In this document: one piece after another, positions 9,404-16,957 of the stretch
Numbering within the stretch: the stretch's first letter is position 1
Layout: every line of letters starts with the position of its first letter
NCBI GenBank assembly: GCA_963705375.1
Contig: OY970071.1
Coordinates: forward strand, 210,001-242,000
Length of the DNA: 32,000 nucleotides
Reading direction: 5' to 3'
From: Candidatus Saccharimonadota bacterium
Lineage (GTDB): Archaea; Micrarchaeota; Micrarchaeia; Micrarchaeales; Micrarchaeaceae
Program-made: the position numbers and the translations under genes
The notes under the pieces: generated by a model
Told to the model about the DNA's origin: nothing
What the model saw: the letters and a program-made list of their open reading frames with translations, nothing else
Database searches by the model: none

Positions 9404-9868
9404 TCATGATCCCTTTATCAGAAGCGCAGCTTCCTTCGGGTCGTATTTCCAATCCTTAGGCAATTTGCCTTCTGCCCTGTAATATCGGGTAAGGCGCCAT
9501 ATCTTCGACTCTATCCTGTGAAGCGTTGTCTTGTTGTGCTGGTCCTGCTTGTTGCGCTCCATGTGCTCGTGCATCTTTACCGCTTTTTTCATCAGTATAA
9601 GCAGATCAGAAGGGACGACTCCCTTGTAGCCACTCCTGTCTAGGAATGCCGTGAGCCTCTCTCCGAGCATGTGTTTTACGTAAGGGACATTGTGCTCCTT
9701 CTTGAGCTTCTCACCTATAAGAGCAGGATCGATCCCTTGCTTTGCATACTGTATGATCAGTGCCTCTATCTGCTCCTTTGATGGAGCATCAGCAGGTATG
9801 CTGACCGCATCCAACGCCGGCTTCCGTGACTTTGCCTTTCCATGCTTCTTTGAATATAGTCGTGCCAT
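9404..9868 (-). CDS. rps15: 30S ribosomal protein S15 (archaeal S15P / eukaryotic S13e type)
   Basis: 'MARLYSKKHGKAKSRKP' N-terminus, and C-terminal 'HEHMERNKQDQHNKTTLHRIESKIWRLTRYYRAEGKLPKDWKYDP' matching the S15P signature. Confidence 0.92.
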   Translation of the reverse strand: MARLYSKKHGKAKSRKPALDAVSIPADAPSKEQIEALIIQYAKQGIDPALIGEKLKKEHNVPYVKHMLGERLTAFLDRSGYKGVVPSDLLILMKKAVKMHEHMERNKQDQHNKTTLHRIESKIWRLTRYYRAEGKLPKDWKYDPKEAALLIKGS

Positions 9869-9876
9869 TTCAACAC

Positions 9877-12303
9877 TCAGATTTTTATCTCAACGGAGTA
9901 TTCGCCCTTGCTTACCTGCACGTCCTTTGCCTTGCAGATCTGCATAAGTTCGTCTTTCGCTGCGATAGTTGTCATATAGTATTCTTCTGGAACATTTATA
10001 ATTATTGAGGATATCTCCTTGTTGAGCGCCATCCGGCCTTTTGCCTTGGCTTTCCTCACTTCTGTGATTATACCGTTCAGGAACGTGCCTGCGGTGTCGA
10101 AGGCTATGTCCTGTATTGCGCTCTTGAAGACAACGCCGTTGATGATGTAGTCGGAATTGTGCGTCCTCGCCATGTGCTGCGGGAATTCGTTTGCGAATAT
10201 GTCGTTGCTCTCGAACATCGCATTCAGCTCCTCCGCTATGTGCGGCATAACGGGCGCGAGCATGAGAAGCGAGGTCCTGAACACGTGCAGCAGCGTGAAT
10301 GCTGCGGCCCTCTTGCTGCCCTCCATGCCCTTCTCTGTCGAGTGTATCCGGTACTTGACGTTCTCTATGTAGAAGTCGGCGAATTCGTGCCAGTGGAATG
10401 CCATCGCCTTGCTCATCGCCTCGTAAAGGTCGAGGTTGTCATAGCTTTCCATCACCTCTTTGACCGCTGTGTTGAGCCTGTCCAGTATCCAGAGGTCGAA
10501 AATTCCGAAGTATTTGTGCGGCGGCTCCTTCTCCAGGCGCATGCCGTCGATCGCGCTCTTGACAAAAATCGCGGTGTTCTCCAGTTTTATCAGGAAACTC
10601 TTGGCATAGTCTATCTCGGCATAGGAGAAGGACTTGTCCTTGCCTATGCCGCCGCAAAGAGCGACCCAAAGCCTTATCGCATCTATAGGGTATTTCTTGT
10701 TGACTAGCAACTCGGGCGAGATGCCGTTGCCAGAGCTCTTGTGCATCTCCTTTCCTTCTGTGTCAAGTATCATGCCGTGGGTGAGCAGGTGCTCGAACGG
10801 CTTGTTGCCGGTAAGCGCCCACATCCTGAACGTTGTGTAGAACGCCCATGTCCTTATTATGTCCATGCCCTGTATGCGCATGCTTGATGGGAACGCTCTG
10901 GCGAAGAGCGCCTTGTTCTCGGGCCACCCCGCTATTATCATCGGCGTTATTGATGAATCGATCCAGCAGTCGCAGGTATCGCTCTCGCCTATGAGCCTGG
11001 AGCCGCACTTCGGGCACTTGTCTTTAGGCGCAGGGGTCGAAGCTGGATCCACCGGCAGCGCCTCTTTCTTTGGTGCGACTATCTCGTTGCAGTTCTCGCA
11101 GTACCAGAAAGGTATCGGTGTTCCGAAGACCCTGTGCCTCGATATGTTCCAGTCCCACTCGATGACGTTGCTCCAGTCAAGCAATCTTTGCTTTGAAGCA
11201 TCAGGGAACCATTTCATCGAGAGCGCAGACTCCTTTATATTGTTAGAAAACTCTTTTGTCTTTATGAACCATTGCATCGCGACGATGAGCTCTATAGCGG
11301 TGTGGCACCTGTCATGCTGCTTGACTGCGTGCTCGATCGGCTCCTGCTTTATGAGCGCACCGCACGTCTTCAGATCTTCGAGCACAGCATCTCTCGCCTT
11401 TGTGGTGTGCATGCCGTTGAACTTGCCCGCGTTCTTCAACAGTCCTTTCTCGTCGATAGCTTCGACAAAGCCCAGCTTGTGCTTGAAGGACAGCAGCACG
11501 TCGTTCTTGTCGCCGAAAGTGCATATCATCTCGGCACCAGTGCCGTACTCCATATCTATCGAATCTTCGCCAATTATCTTCACGCTGTTGTTGAACACTG
11601 GCACTTTCACGCTCTTGCCTATGAGTTTCTTGTAGCGCTTGTCCGCGGGGTTTACCGCAACAGCGACAATCGCGTGCAGCATCTCCGGCCTCGTGGTGGC
11701 TATCGTCATCTTGTCTTTTGAGCCTTCAATACCGAAATCTATGTAGTTTAGGTTGCTCTTCTCGGATATTTCGTTGACTTGCTCTCTTGAAATTGAACTC
11801 TCGCAGTGCGGGCACCACTCGATCGGGTGCTTTGCCCTGTATATCATGCCCTTCTCATACATCATCAAAAGCGAAAGCTGCAGCTTTCTCCTGTAGTCTT
11901 TTGACGCTGTCTTGTATTCCAGGCTTTCGTCGAAGCTAGCGCCGAGATTTCGCATCTGCACCTTCATCTTGCCGATGTTTTCCTCTGCAAGCGCTGTGCA
12001 CTTGCCGTAGAAGTCTGCGCGCGAAAGGCTCCTTCCGAACTTCTTTTCGACAGCGATCTCTATCGGAAATCCCTGCATGTCCCAGCCTTGGGGATACAGT
12101 ACGTTGAATCCGCGCAGGCGCTTGTACCTTGCTATAGAATCGATGTAGCAGACCCAGAAAGCCTGACCCATATGCAGCTCGCCCGTCGTGAACGGAGGCG
12201 GCGTGTCAATCGAGAATATTGGCTTGTTGCTCTTCTCGTCGAAAAGCACCTTGTGCTCCTGCCAGTATGCATTCCATTTGTCATCTATGCCGTTATTGTA
12301 CAT
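9877..12303 (-). CDS. valS: valyl-tRNA synthetase (class I aaRS) with atypical HIGH motif (HMGQ)
   Basis: ValRS-type motifs: 'SIDTPPPFTTGELHMGQ', 'TTRPEMLHAIVAVAVNPADKRY', 'ICTFGDKNDV', 'WNISRHRVFGTPIPFWYC', and a KMSKS-like 'KEMHKSSGNG'. The 808-aa length fits archaeal ValRS. Confidence 0.8.
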   Translation of the reverse strand: MYNNGIDDKWNAYWQEHKVLFDEKSNKPIFSIDTPPPFTTGELHMGQAFWVCYIDSIARYKRLRGFNVLYPQGWDMQGFPIEIAVEKKFGRSLSRADFYGKCTALAEENIGKMKVQMRNLGASFDESLEYKTASKDYRRKLQLSLLMMYEKGMIYRAKHPIEWCPHCESSISREQVNEISEKSNLNYIDFGIEGSKDKMTIATTRPEMLHAIVAVAVNPADKRYKKLIGKSVKVPVFNNSVKIIGEDSIDMEYGTGAEMICTFGDKNDVLLSFKHKLGFVEAIDEKGLLKNAGKFNGMHTTKARDAVLEDLKTCGALIKQEPIEHAVKQHDRCHTAIELIVAMQWFIKTKEFSNNIKESALSMKWFPDASKQRLLDWSNVIEWDWNISRHRVFGTPIPFWYCENCNEIVAPKKEALPVDPASTPAPKDKCPKCGSRLIGESDTCDCWIDSSITPMIIAGWPENKALFARAFPSSMRIQGMDIIRTWAFYTTFRMWALTGNKPFEHLLTHGMILDTEGKEMHKSSGNGISPELLVNKKYPIDAIRLWVALCGGIGKDKSFSYAEIDYAKSFLIKLENTAIFVKSAIDGMRLEKEPPHKYFGIFDLWILDRLNTAVKEVMESYDNLDLYEAMSKAMAFHWHEFADFYIENVKYRIHSTEKGMEGSKRAAAFTLLHVFRTSLLMLAPVMPHIAEELNAMFESNDIFANEFPQHMARTHNSDYIINGVVFKSAIQDIAFDTAGTFLNGIITEVRKAKAKGRMALNKEISSIIINVPEEYYMTTIAAKDELMQICKAKDVQVSKGEYSVEIKI

Positions 12304-12375
12304 GCTAACACGTGCTAAAGCTGAGAATATTCTATGTCAAAAGATAAAAAGGCAACTGCGAGCGCGTCTAAGCGA

Positions 12376-12660
12376 TCAGATGACGACTTCCCCGACAGCG
12401 AACCTTGGCTTCACGTCGGTGATCCTGACCTTCACCGTGTCACCCTGTTTTGCGCCTTTGACAAATATAACGAAACCGTCCTTCTTCGCGATGCCATCGC
12501 CCCGTCTTGCCATCGAGTCTATCTTGACCTCCACCTCGTCTCCGGCTTTCACAGGCTTCGGCAGGAAATAGCTAGGCTTTACTTCGAAACCGCCACGTTC
12601 GCGCCTTGAACCTTCTCTGTTCTCGCTGCCTGCACTTCCCATACCTTCTTCGGTATCCAT
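12376..12660 (-). CDS. TRAM domain protein (small RNA-binding/OB-fold)
   Basis: The C-terminus 'PVKAGDEVEVKIDSMARRGDGIAKKDGFVIFVKGAKQGDTVKVRITDVKPRFAVGEVV' is a classic TRAM pattern. I prefer the ATG at 12660 (MDTEEG...) because TATA-like 'ttttaaacataaatat' (minus strand, 12723-12738) abuts the track's ATG at 12717. Confidence 0.72.
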   Translation of the reverse strand: MDTEEGMGSAGSENREGSRRERGGFEVKPSYFLPKPVKAGDEVEVKIDSMARRGDGIAKKDGFVIFVKGAKQGDTVKVRITDVKPRFAVGEVVI

Positions 12661-12853
12661 ATAGTCCCTTCTCGTACTCGTAAAAAGCTTAGTTTTTACT
12701 CGTATCAGTGGTACCATCAGGGATATTTATGTTTAAAAGGCTTTCTGGAGAAAAAAGGCGATTACGCCCAGAACTTGCCAGAAGCATACACTGCGTAGCA
12801 CCCGATGTCGCGACCCTATGGAAGGATACTGCTTCGGCACATTCTAAAGCACC

Positions 12854-13135
12854 TTAGAAGGAATCGTCATCCTCCAGCTCATCATTCTTTTTTTCTGGCT
12901 CTTTTCTTAGTTTTATTTTTATAGGCGTTTTCGGCCTCGGTACGTCATCCTTTTTTTCTGGCGTAATTAGCCGTATCTTTATTCCGAGCTCCTGCCGCCT
13001 TCGTTCCATTTCTTCGTGCTCCCTTTGCCTCTGTACCTGCGCAGCTTGTTTTACCTCTTCAGGAGTCATCAATCTTAGTTTCGCGCCATGATTAGCTCCG
13101 GAGCCGTTCTTATTTTTTGAGTCATGATCAGTCAT
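12854..13135 (-). CDS. small highly charged hypothetical protein (93 aa) with K(L/I)RL(M/I)TPE repeats and acidic tail
   Basis: The ORF has an internal ATG at 13135 (MTDHDSKNK...). The track's start at 13216 lies inside the IS element and is therefore artefactual. No family recognised. Confidence 0.45.
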   Translation of the reverse strand: MTDHDSKNKNGSGANHGAKLRLMTPEEVKQAAQVQRQREHEEMERRRQELGIKIRLITPEKKDDVPRPKTPIKIKLRKEPEKKNDELEDDDSF

Positions 13136-13183
13136 AATAAAACACCTTCCACCTATGATATTTAGGAGATATTTAACGCTTTC

Positions 13184-13192
13184 CTTATTATC
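13184..13192. repeat. target-site duplication, left copy (CTTATTATC)
   Basis: An identical 9-mer directly abuts both IS termini (13184-13192 and 14450-14458). Confidence 0.85.
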
Positions 13193-13210
13193 GATTCTGG
13201 GACAAAAGTC
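13193..13210. repeat. IS terminal inverted repeat, left (GATTCTGGGACAAAAGTC)
   Basis: The reverse complement of 14432-14449 is GACTCTGGGACAAAAGTC, with one mismatch. Confidence 0.88.
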
Positions 13211-14204
13211 ATCCATAACCGATTCTGAATAAGTTGTGAAGTGTTGCAGTACAACTTATTGCTGTATCGATTCTGTCATTTCTTTTCTGCCATATTTTCC
13301 ACCCAACCATCCGTTTATCTACAGACCAACCATTCTCAGACTTCTCCCTTTTGTAGTACTCTATCAAGTAGGACAGAGGATCCTTCATCATCCGTCTGAA
13401 TATCTTCCTCCATCTAGACGGGCCATTTATTGTTGTGTTGCTCTTTGGGATTATGTACAAAACAGTTTTGTCGTCAAAATACTTCAAAGTTGATTGGTAA
13501 CTATAGTACCTGTCTAACCTTGCACTATTGACTGTTATCCCTGTGGCCACCTCTACATTTCTGAGCAGCTTCATTGCATTTTCGAATGCTTCCTTTTCAG
13601 ATCGTATACCCGAGCCATAACATATGTACAACCCATTCTTTATGTCGATGAGATTGAACGAATACACGAATTTCCTGTACCCTTCTTTATCGACTTGTGT
13701 ACGGTAATGTTTCGTTACTGTTAGTGTGTAACCCGTTCCGTCTCCGCTCACATCTATTTTCTTATCACATTTTCGTTTTATCGTCAGAATAAACATGTTG
13801 TGCAAAACAATTCGCACCAGTTCATCAGAATACATCCTTTCGACAGTTTTGTAACTAATGTCAATGCCACAAAATGCGCCAAAAAGGGACATCAGTCCGG
13901 CCATTGGTCTGTTGTTTTTGCAGAAAATCGATTTTAGGATAAGCGCAACCACCTTCTGTTGGAGAGACAATTTTGCAGGTCTTCCGAATTTGGATACCTT
14001 CATCTCAATAGAGTCTATTGCTGATTTTGTAAGAATGTTCAACTCTTTCGCGACATATCTTATCCTATTTGCATATTCTTCTTCATATGTTTTCCAGTCA
14101 GTGTGTTTTTCTGCCGTTTTTTCGCCGTAAATCTCAATCAGTTTCTTGAACTCCTTGAAAAATCTTCGGAACTGTCTATTCGTTAACCTTTTGGTTTTTG
14201 CCAT
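13209..14204 (-). CDS. IS transposase (IS5/ISA1214-like archaeal DDE-type, family unverified)
   Basis: 331 aa. 'GRPAKLSLQQKVVALILKSIF...' resembles the InsH/IS5-type N-terminal motif. Acidic residues sit in 'DVSGDGTGY', 'ARLDRYYS' and 'YKREKSENGW' contexts. The ORF is enclosed by the IRs and TSD. Confidence 0.85.
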   Translation of the reverse strand: MAKTKRLTNRQFRRFFKEFKKLIEIYGEKTAEKHTDWKTYEEEYANRIRYVAKELNILTKSAIDSIEMKVSKFGRPAKLSLQQKVVALILKSIFCKNNRPMAGLMSLFGAFCGIDISYKTVERMYSDELVRIVLHNMFILTIKRKCDKKIDVSGDGTGYTLTVTKHYRTQVDKEGYRKFVYSFNLIDIKNGLYICYGSGIRSEKEAFENAMKLLRNVEVATGITVNSARLDRYYSYQSTLKYFDDKTVLYIIPKSNTTINGPSRWRKIFRRMMKDPLSYLIEYYKREKSENGWSVDKRMVGWKIWQKRNDRIDTAISCTATLHNLFRIGYG

Positions 14205-14267
14205 GATATTATTATTGAAAGGAAAAGTATTTAAATATATATTAATATATATTATACGGTGTGGTAA

Positions 14268-14429
14268 ATGAGGAAAATTGAAGTAATAAAGAACAAACTT
14301 AAAATCGGAGACGATGTTGTAGTTGTTTTTGAGAAACCTGTAACTCGGTTCGGAACAGGAGCAAAAATCGATTGTCCTAAAGAGTACATTGGCAAGATGG
14401 TTTACGTCATGGTGCGGAAATCAAAGTAA
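14268..14429 (+). CDS. small transposon-encoded protein, DUF2080-like (53 aa); absent from the ORF track (<60 aa)
   Basis: Hand translation: MRKIEVIKNKLKIGDDVVVVFEKPVTRFGTGAKIDCPKEYIGKMVYVMVRKSK*. The 'V..FG.ga.i..PKe.iGK.V.V' pattern matches the archaeal 'transposase-associated' DUF2080 family as I remember it. It ends 2 nt before IR-R. Confidence 0.62.
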   Translation: MRKIEVIKNKLKIGDDVVVVFEKPVTRFGTGAKIDCPKEYIGKMVYVMVRKSK

Positions 14430-14431
14430 TC

Positions 14432-14449
14432 GACTTTTGTCCCAGAGTC
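14432..14449. repeat. IS terminal inverted repeat, right
   Basis: GACTTTTGTCCCAGAGTC, the reverse complement of IR-L with one mismatch. Confidence 0.88.
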
Positions 14450-14458
14450 CTTATTATC
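14450..14458. repeat. target-site duplication, right copy (CTTATTATC)
   Basis: Identical to 13184-13192. Confidence 0.85.
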
Positions 14459-14648
14459 GTGCGCACGTAACACACTGTTCCTTTTGTGATTGGTGCAGAC
14501 AATCAAGAGATATGCTCTGCACTAATATAGTGTTAGTCGCAATGTATTGCGGATTTACGTCTGTGGCCGCATCTAGACTTCGGTATTCGCCTGCCGAAAG
14601 ATATATATATCTATTTATCAGCAATAATATTGCTCTTTTTTAGAAAGA

Positions 14649-14656
14649 TTTAAAAG
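14649..14656 (+). promoter_or_regulatory. putative TATA box of tfb (tttaaaag, preceded by purine-rich gaaaga)
   Basis: AT-rich box centred ~42 nt upstream of ATG 14694. SD-like 'gtgatg' lies 4-9 nt before the ATG. Confidence 0.35.
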
Positions 14657-14693
14657 AGTTATGCGCTTTTTCGAGATCAAATAGTGTGATGTA

Positions 14694-15770
14694 ATGGCAA
14701 AAAAAACAGAACATGCGGCAAAAAAAACCGCAGCAAGCAACACAAGCTTAACTGAAAGAAGGCCAAGTGCCGCGGAGATCGCGCGTGTCTCAGACGAGAC
14801 AGCACAGAGAGGCCAGTCCGAAGTGCAGACCACACCCAAACCAACGGTGCCTGCAAATCCGACCCGTGAACGAAGATGCCCGAGCTGCAACGGCGTTGAC
14901 CTAATATTCGACAACGAGCGTGGAGAGCTCGTGTGCAACAGCTGCGGACTCGTGATAGAGGAGAACTTCACAGATACGGGCCCAGAATGGCGCGCGTTCG
15001 ATGCCGAACAAAGAGCATCGAGGGCGAGAACAGGAGCGCCTATGAAGTACACAAAGCCGAACAAGGGCCTTGTGACAGAGATAGACTTATACAACAAGGA
15101 CATACGCGGCGTGAGAATACCGTCAAAGAGGCAGGCGCAATTATACAGGATGAAGAAATGGCACAAGCGCGCCAGCATAGCGAGTTCTAGCGAAAGGAAC
15201 TACCTCATAGCGCTGCCAGAGTTGAACAGGGTATCGAGTTATCTCGGTCTTCCTGACAACATCAGGGAGAACGCCGCTCTGCTCTACAGGAAGTGCGTGC
15301 AGAACAACCTCATAAGGGGCAGGCCTATAGAGGTGGTCGTGCAGGCAGTCATATACGCTTCGTGCAGGCAGGCAGGTATGCCAAGGACATTGGACGAGAT
15401 AGCGAACATATCAGGCCTAGCGAAGAAGGACATCGGCAGGGCGTACAGGGTCATACTACACGAGCTCCAACTGAAGGTGCCTCTGAGCGATCCGGTGAGC
15501 TATGTGCCGCGTTACGTGAACGCGCTCAAGCTTAGCGGAGAAGCACAAGAGAAGTCCATACAGCTCCTAAGGGAAGCCATGCGTCAGGGCCTGGTGTCAG
15601 GCAGGAGCCCGACAGGCGTCAGCGCAGCTGCAGTATACATCGCAGGTGCGCTTGCGGGCGAACGCAGGACACAGAAGGAAGTGGCAGATGTCGCAGGAGT
15701 GACCGAAGTCACAATCAGGAACAGGTACAGGGAGCTCAAGGAGCAGCTGAAGATAGACGTCAACCTGTAA
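14694..15770 (+). CDS. tfb: transcription initiation factor IIB (TFB), with ~61-aa N-terminal extension
   Basis: Zn-ribbon 'CPSCNGVDLIFDNERGELVCNSCG', B-reader/linker 'GPEWRAFD...', and two cyclin-fold repeats ('LIRGRPIEVVVQAVIYASCRQAGMPRTLDEIA', 'SGRSPTGVSAAAVYIAGALAGERRTQKEVADVAGVTEVTIRNRYREL'). Confidence 0.94.
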   Translation: MAKKTEHAAKKTAASNTSLTERRPSAAEIARVSDETAQRGQSEVQTTPKPTVPANPTRERRCPSCNGVDLIFDNERGELVCNSCGLVIEENFTDTGPEWRAFDAEQRASRARTGAPMKYTKPNKGLVTEIDLYNKDIRGVRIPSKRQAQLYRMKKWHKRASIASSSERNYLIALPELNRVSSYLGLPDNIRENAALLYRKCVQNNLIRGRPIEVVVQAVIYASCRQAGMPRTLDEIANISGLAKKDIGRAYRVILHELQLKVPLSDPVSYVPRYVNALKLSGEAQEKSIQLLREAMRQGLVSGRSPTGVSAAAVYIAGALAGERRTQKEVADVAGVTEVTIRNRYRELKEQLKIDVNL

Positions 15771-15788
15771 GCAGGGTAAGCTCTACGT

Positions 15789-15809
15789 GGCACTGGGTTT
15801 TCCAGTGCC
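15789..15809 (+). terminator. hairpin downstream of tfb (8-bp perfect stem, 5-nt loop)
   Basis: ggcactgg-gtttt-ccagtgcc, 19 nt after the tfb stop. The termination role is inferred only. Confidence 0.3.
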
Positions 15810-15898
15810 TTACATAATCACTACTTCAGCAGACAGGCCATTCTGTCACAAAACAAAATTATAAGTATTAGGAAATTATCAGTAAAAACAGTGATAAA

Positions 15899-16516
15899 GT
15901 GTCTGTACCCATCATACACAGAGGAGAAGTAGACCGCGATCAGGCTGCGAATTCAGAATTGAAGAGGATATCAAGCGCACTACATCTTCCGGACAATGTC
16001 AAAGAGAACGCTATGCAGCTATACCATGCAAGTGTGCGGAACGACATCATACGCGGCAGCAGGCCAATCAAAGTGGTCATGGCTGCGGCAGTATATGCAT
16101 CGTGCAGACAGGCAGAGATGCCAACCACTTTTGAGGAGATAGCTGCCTTATGCGGCAGACGGTTCAATCTTGACGTATTCGCAGTTTACCAGGAAATGGT
16201 GTCCAAACTCGACCTGAAGATGCCTCTGGACGGCCCTGAAAAATACGTGCCTCGTTATGTTTCCGTGCTCGGCCTCAGCGCAGAAGTTGAGGAGAGCGCC
16301 ATGTGGCTTCTTAGAGAAGCCAAGCAGAGAGAGCTCATCCCTTCAGGATCCACTCCGACCTCAGCCGGCGCCGCAGCCGTATACTTTGCAGCCAAGCTTG
16401 CAGGCGAGCCCAGAACCCTGAGGGAAGTGGCTAAGACGGCAGGCGCCTTGGAATTAACAATAAGGAAAAGATATAAAGAGCTACTGAGAGTGGGTAATAC
16501 GGATACGGATCCATAG
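15899..16516 (+). CDS. TFB paralog with only the cyclin-fold core domain (no Zn-ribbon, B-reader or B-linker)
   Basis: 205 aa with a GTG start. It aligns by eye to TFB residues ~165-350 ('LPDNVKENAMQLYHASVRNDIIRGSRPIKVVMAAAVYASCRQAEMPTTFEEIA', 'PTSAGAAAVYFAAKLAGEPRTLREVAKTAGALELTIRKRYKEL'). Only 128 bp separate it from tfb, so there is no room for an N-terminal domain. TATA-like 'aaattataag' lies at 15857-15866. Confidence 0.8.
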   Translation: MSVPIIHRGEVDRDQAANSELKRISSALHLPDNVKENAMQLYHASVRNDIIRGSRPIKVVMAAAVYASCRQAEMPTTFEEIAALCGRRFNLDVFAVYQEMVSKLDLKMPLDGPEKYVPRYVSVLGLSAEVEESAMWLLREAKQRELIPSGSTPTSAGAAAVYFAAKLAGEPRTLREVAKTAGALELTIRKRYKELLRVGNTDTDP

Positions 16517-16525
16517 GCCTGAAAA

Positions 16526-16924
16526 ATGCGCTTTGTGTATTTGATAATAGGAGCGGCTCTTCTATTCGCTACGTTGCTATCTAGCAGAGCATATTCCAAT
16601 GCCTCAGCCAACATGACTGCGGCAATAAACTCCACAAGCCAATACATAGAGAGCGTGAACGAGAGCGCGTACCTTGTGTTCTATCCCAATCTAGCCAATG
16701 CATATAATGTCCTCAACGCCTCAGTGAATGCTTCCCGCACAAACACGACAAAAGCCTATGCGCTCCTGCATCTTGCGAGAGCGAGCGCCGCTGCGGCACA
16801 GCATCAGATAGACCAATACTACTCGGTTTCGCTCTACACGCTTGCGATAAGCTCGGTCATACTAGCGGCGATGCTTTATCGGCTCATGAGAAAACCACGA
16901 TCGAAACGCAACCATAATATATAA
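16526..16924 (+). CDS. small membrane-anchored, sequon-rich protein (N-terminal signal/TM plus C-terminal TM)
   Basis: N-terminus 'MRFVYLIIGAALLFATLLSS', C-terminus 'LYTLAISSVILAAMLY' followed by a basic tail. Seven N-x-S/T sequons. It starts 9 nt after the TFB-core paralog. Confidence 0.55.
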   Translation: MRFVYLIIGAALLFATLLSSRAYSNASANMTAAINSTSQYIESVNESAYLVFYPNLANAYNVLNASVNASRTNTTKAYALLHLARASAAAAQHQIDQYYSVSLYTLAISSVILAAMLYRLMRKPRSKRNHNI

Positions 16925-16957
16925 GTATCTGGCGGGCGCCTTTGTACTTGTGAAAGC

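Larger units (their letters stand above)
13193..14449. mobile_element. intact insertion sequence, 1257 bp, two ORFs (transposase plus small divergent ORF)
   Basis: Bounded by 18-bp terminal inverted repeats (17/18 match) and a 9-bp direct repeat. The internal AT-rich divergent promoter region is 14205-14267. Confidence 0.88.

Noticed and set aside
8698-9459. Plus-strand ORFs (124, 115 and 80 aa) over the rps3ae region.
   Set aside because: They are antisense to a clearly recognisable ribosomal protein gene, and no motif supports them.
10157-11721. Long plus-strand ORFs (182, 258 and 149 aa) overlapping valS.
   Set aside because: The minus strand carries an unambiguous ValRS with all class I motifs. 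The plus-strand products are low-complexity with no recognisable motifs.
12661-12717. A 19-codon N-terminal extension of the TRAM gene (MVPLIRVKTKLFTSTRRDY).
   Set aside because: TATA-like boxes lie immediately adjacent to this ATG, so the transcript probably starts downstream of it. The ATG at 12660 gives a conventional product. This rests on inference only.
13136-13216. The track's longer start (13216) for the small charged protein, giving a 120-aa product.
   Set aside because: The extra 27 codons run across the IS terminal inverted repeat and into the transposase 3' end. This is a chimeric extension created by the insertion.
14620-14641. A hairpin agcaat-aat-attgct followed by a T-run, resembling an intrinsic terminator.
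   Set aside because: The nearest co-oriented gene end is ~190 nt upstream inside the IS. The stem is only 6 bp and AT-rich, and it lies in generic AT-rich promoter DNA of tfb.
14389-15178. ORFs 14389..14643 (+) and 14618..15178 (-).
   Set aside because: The first begins inside the IS, in a different frame from the DUF2080-like ORF it overlaps, and reads out across IR-R into intergenic DNA. The second is antisense to tfb. Neither has a recognisable motif.
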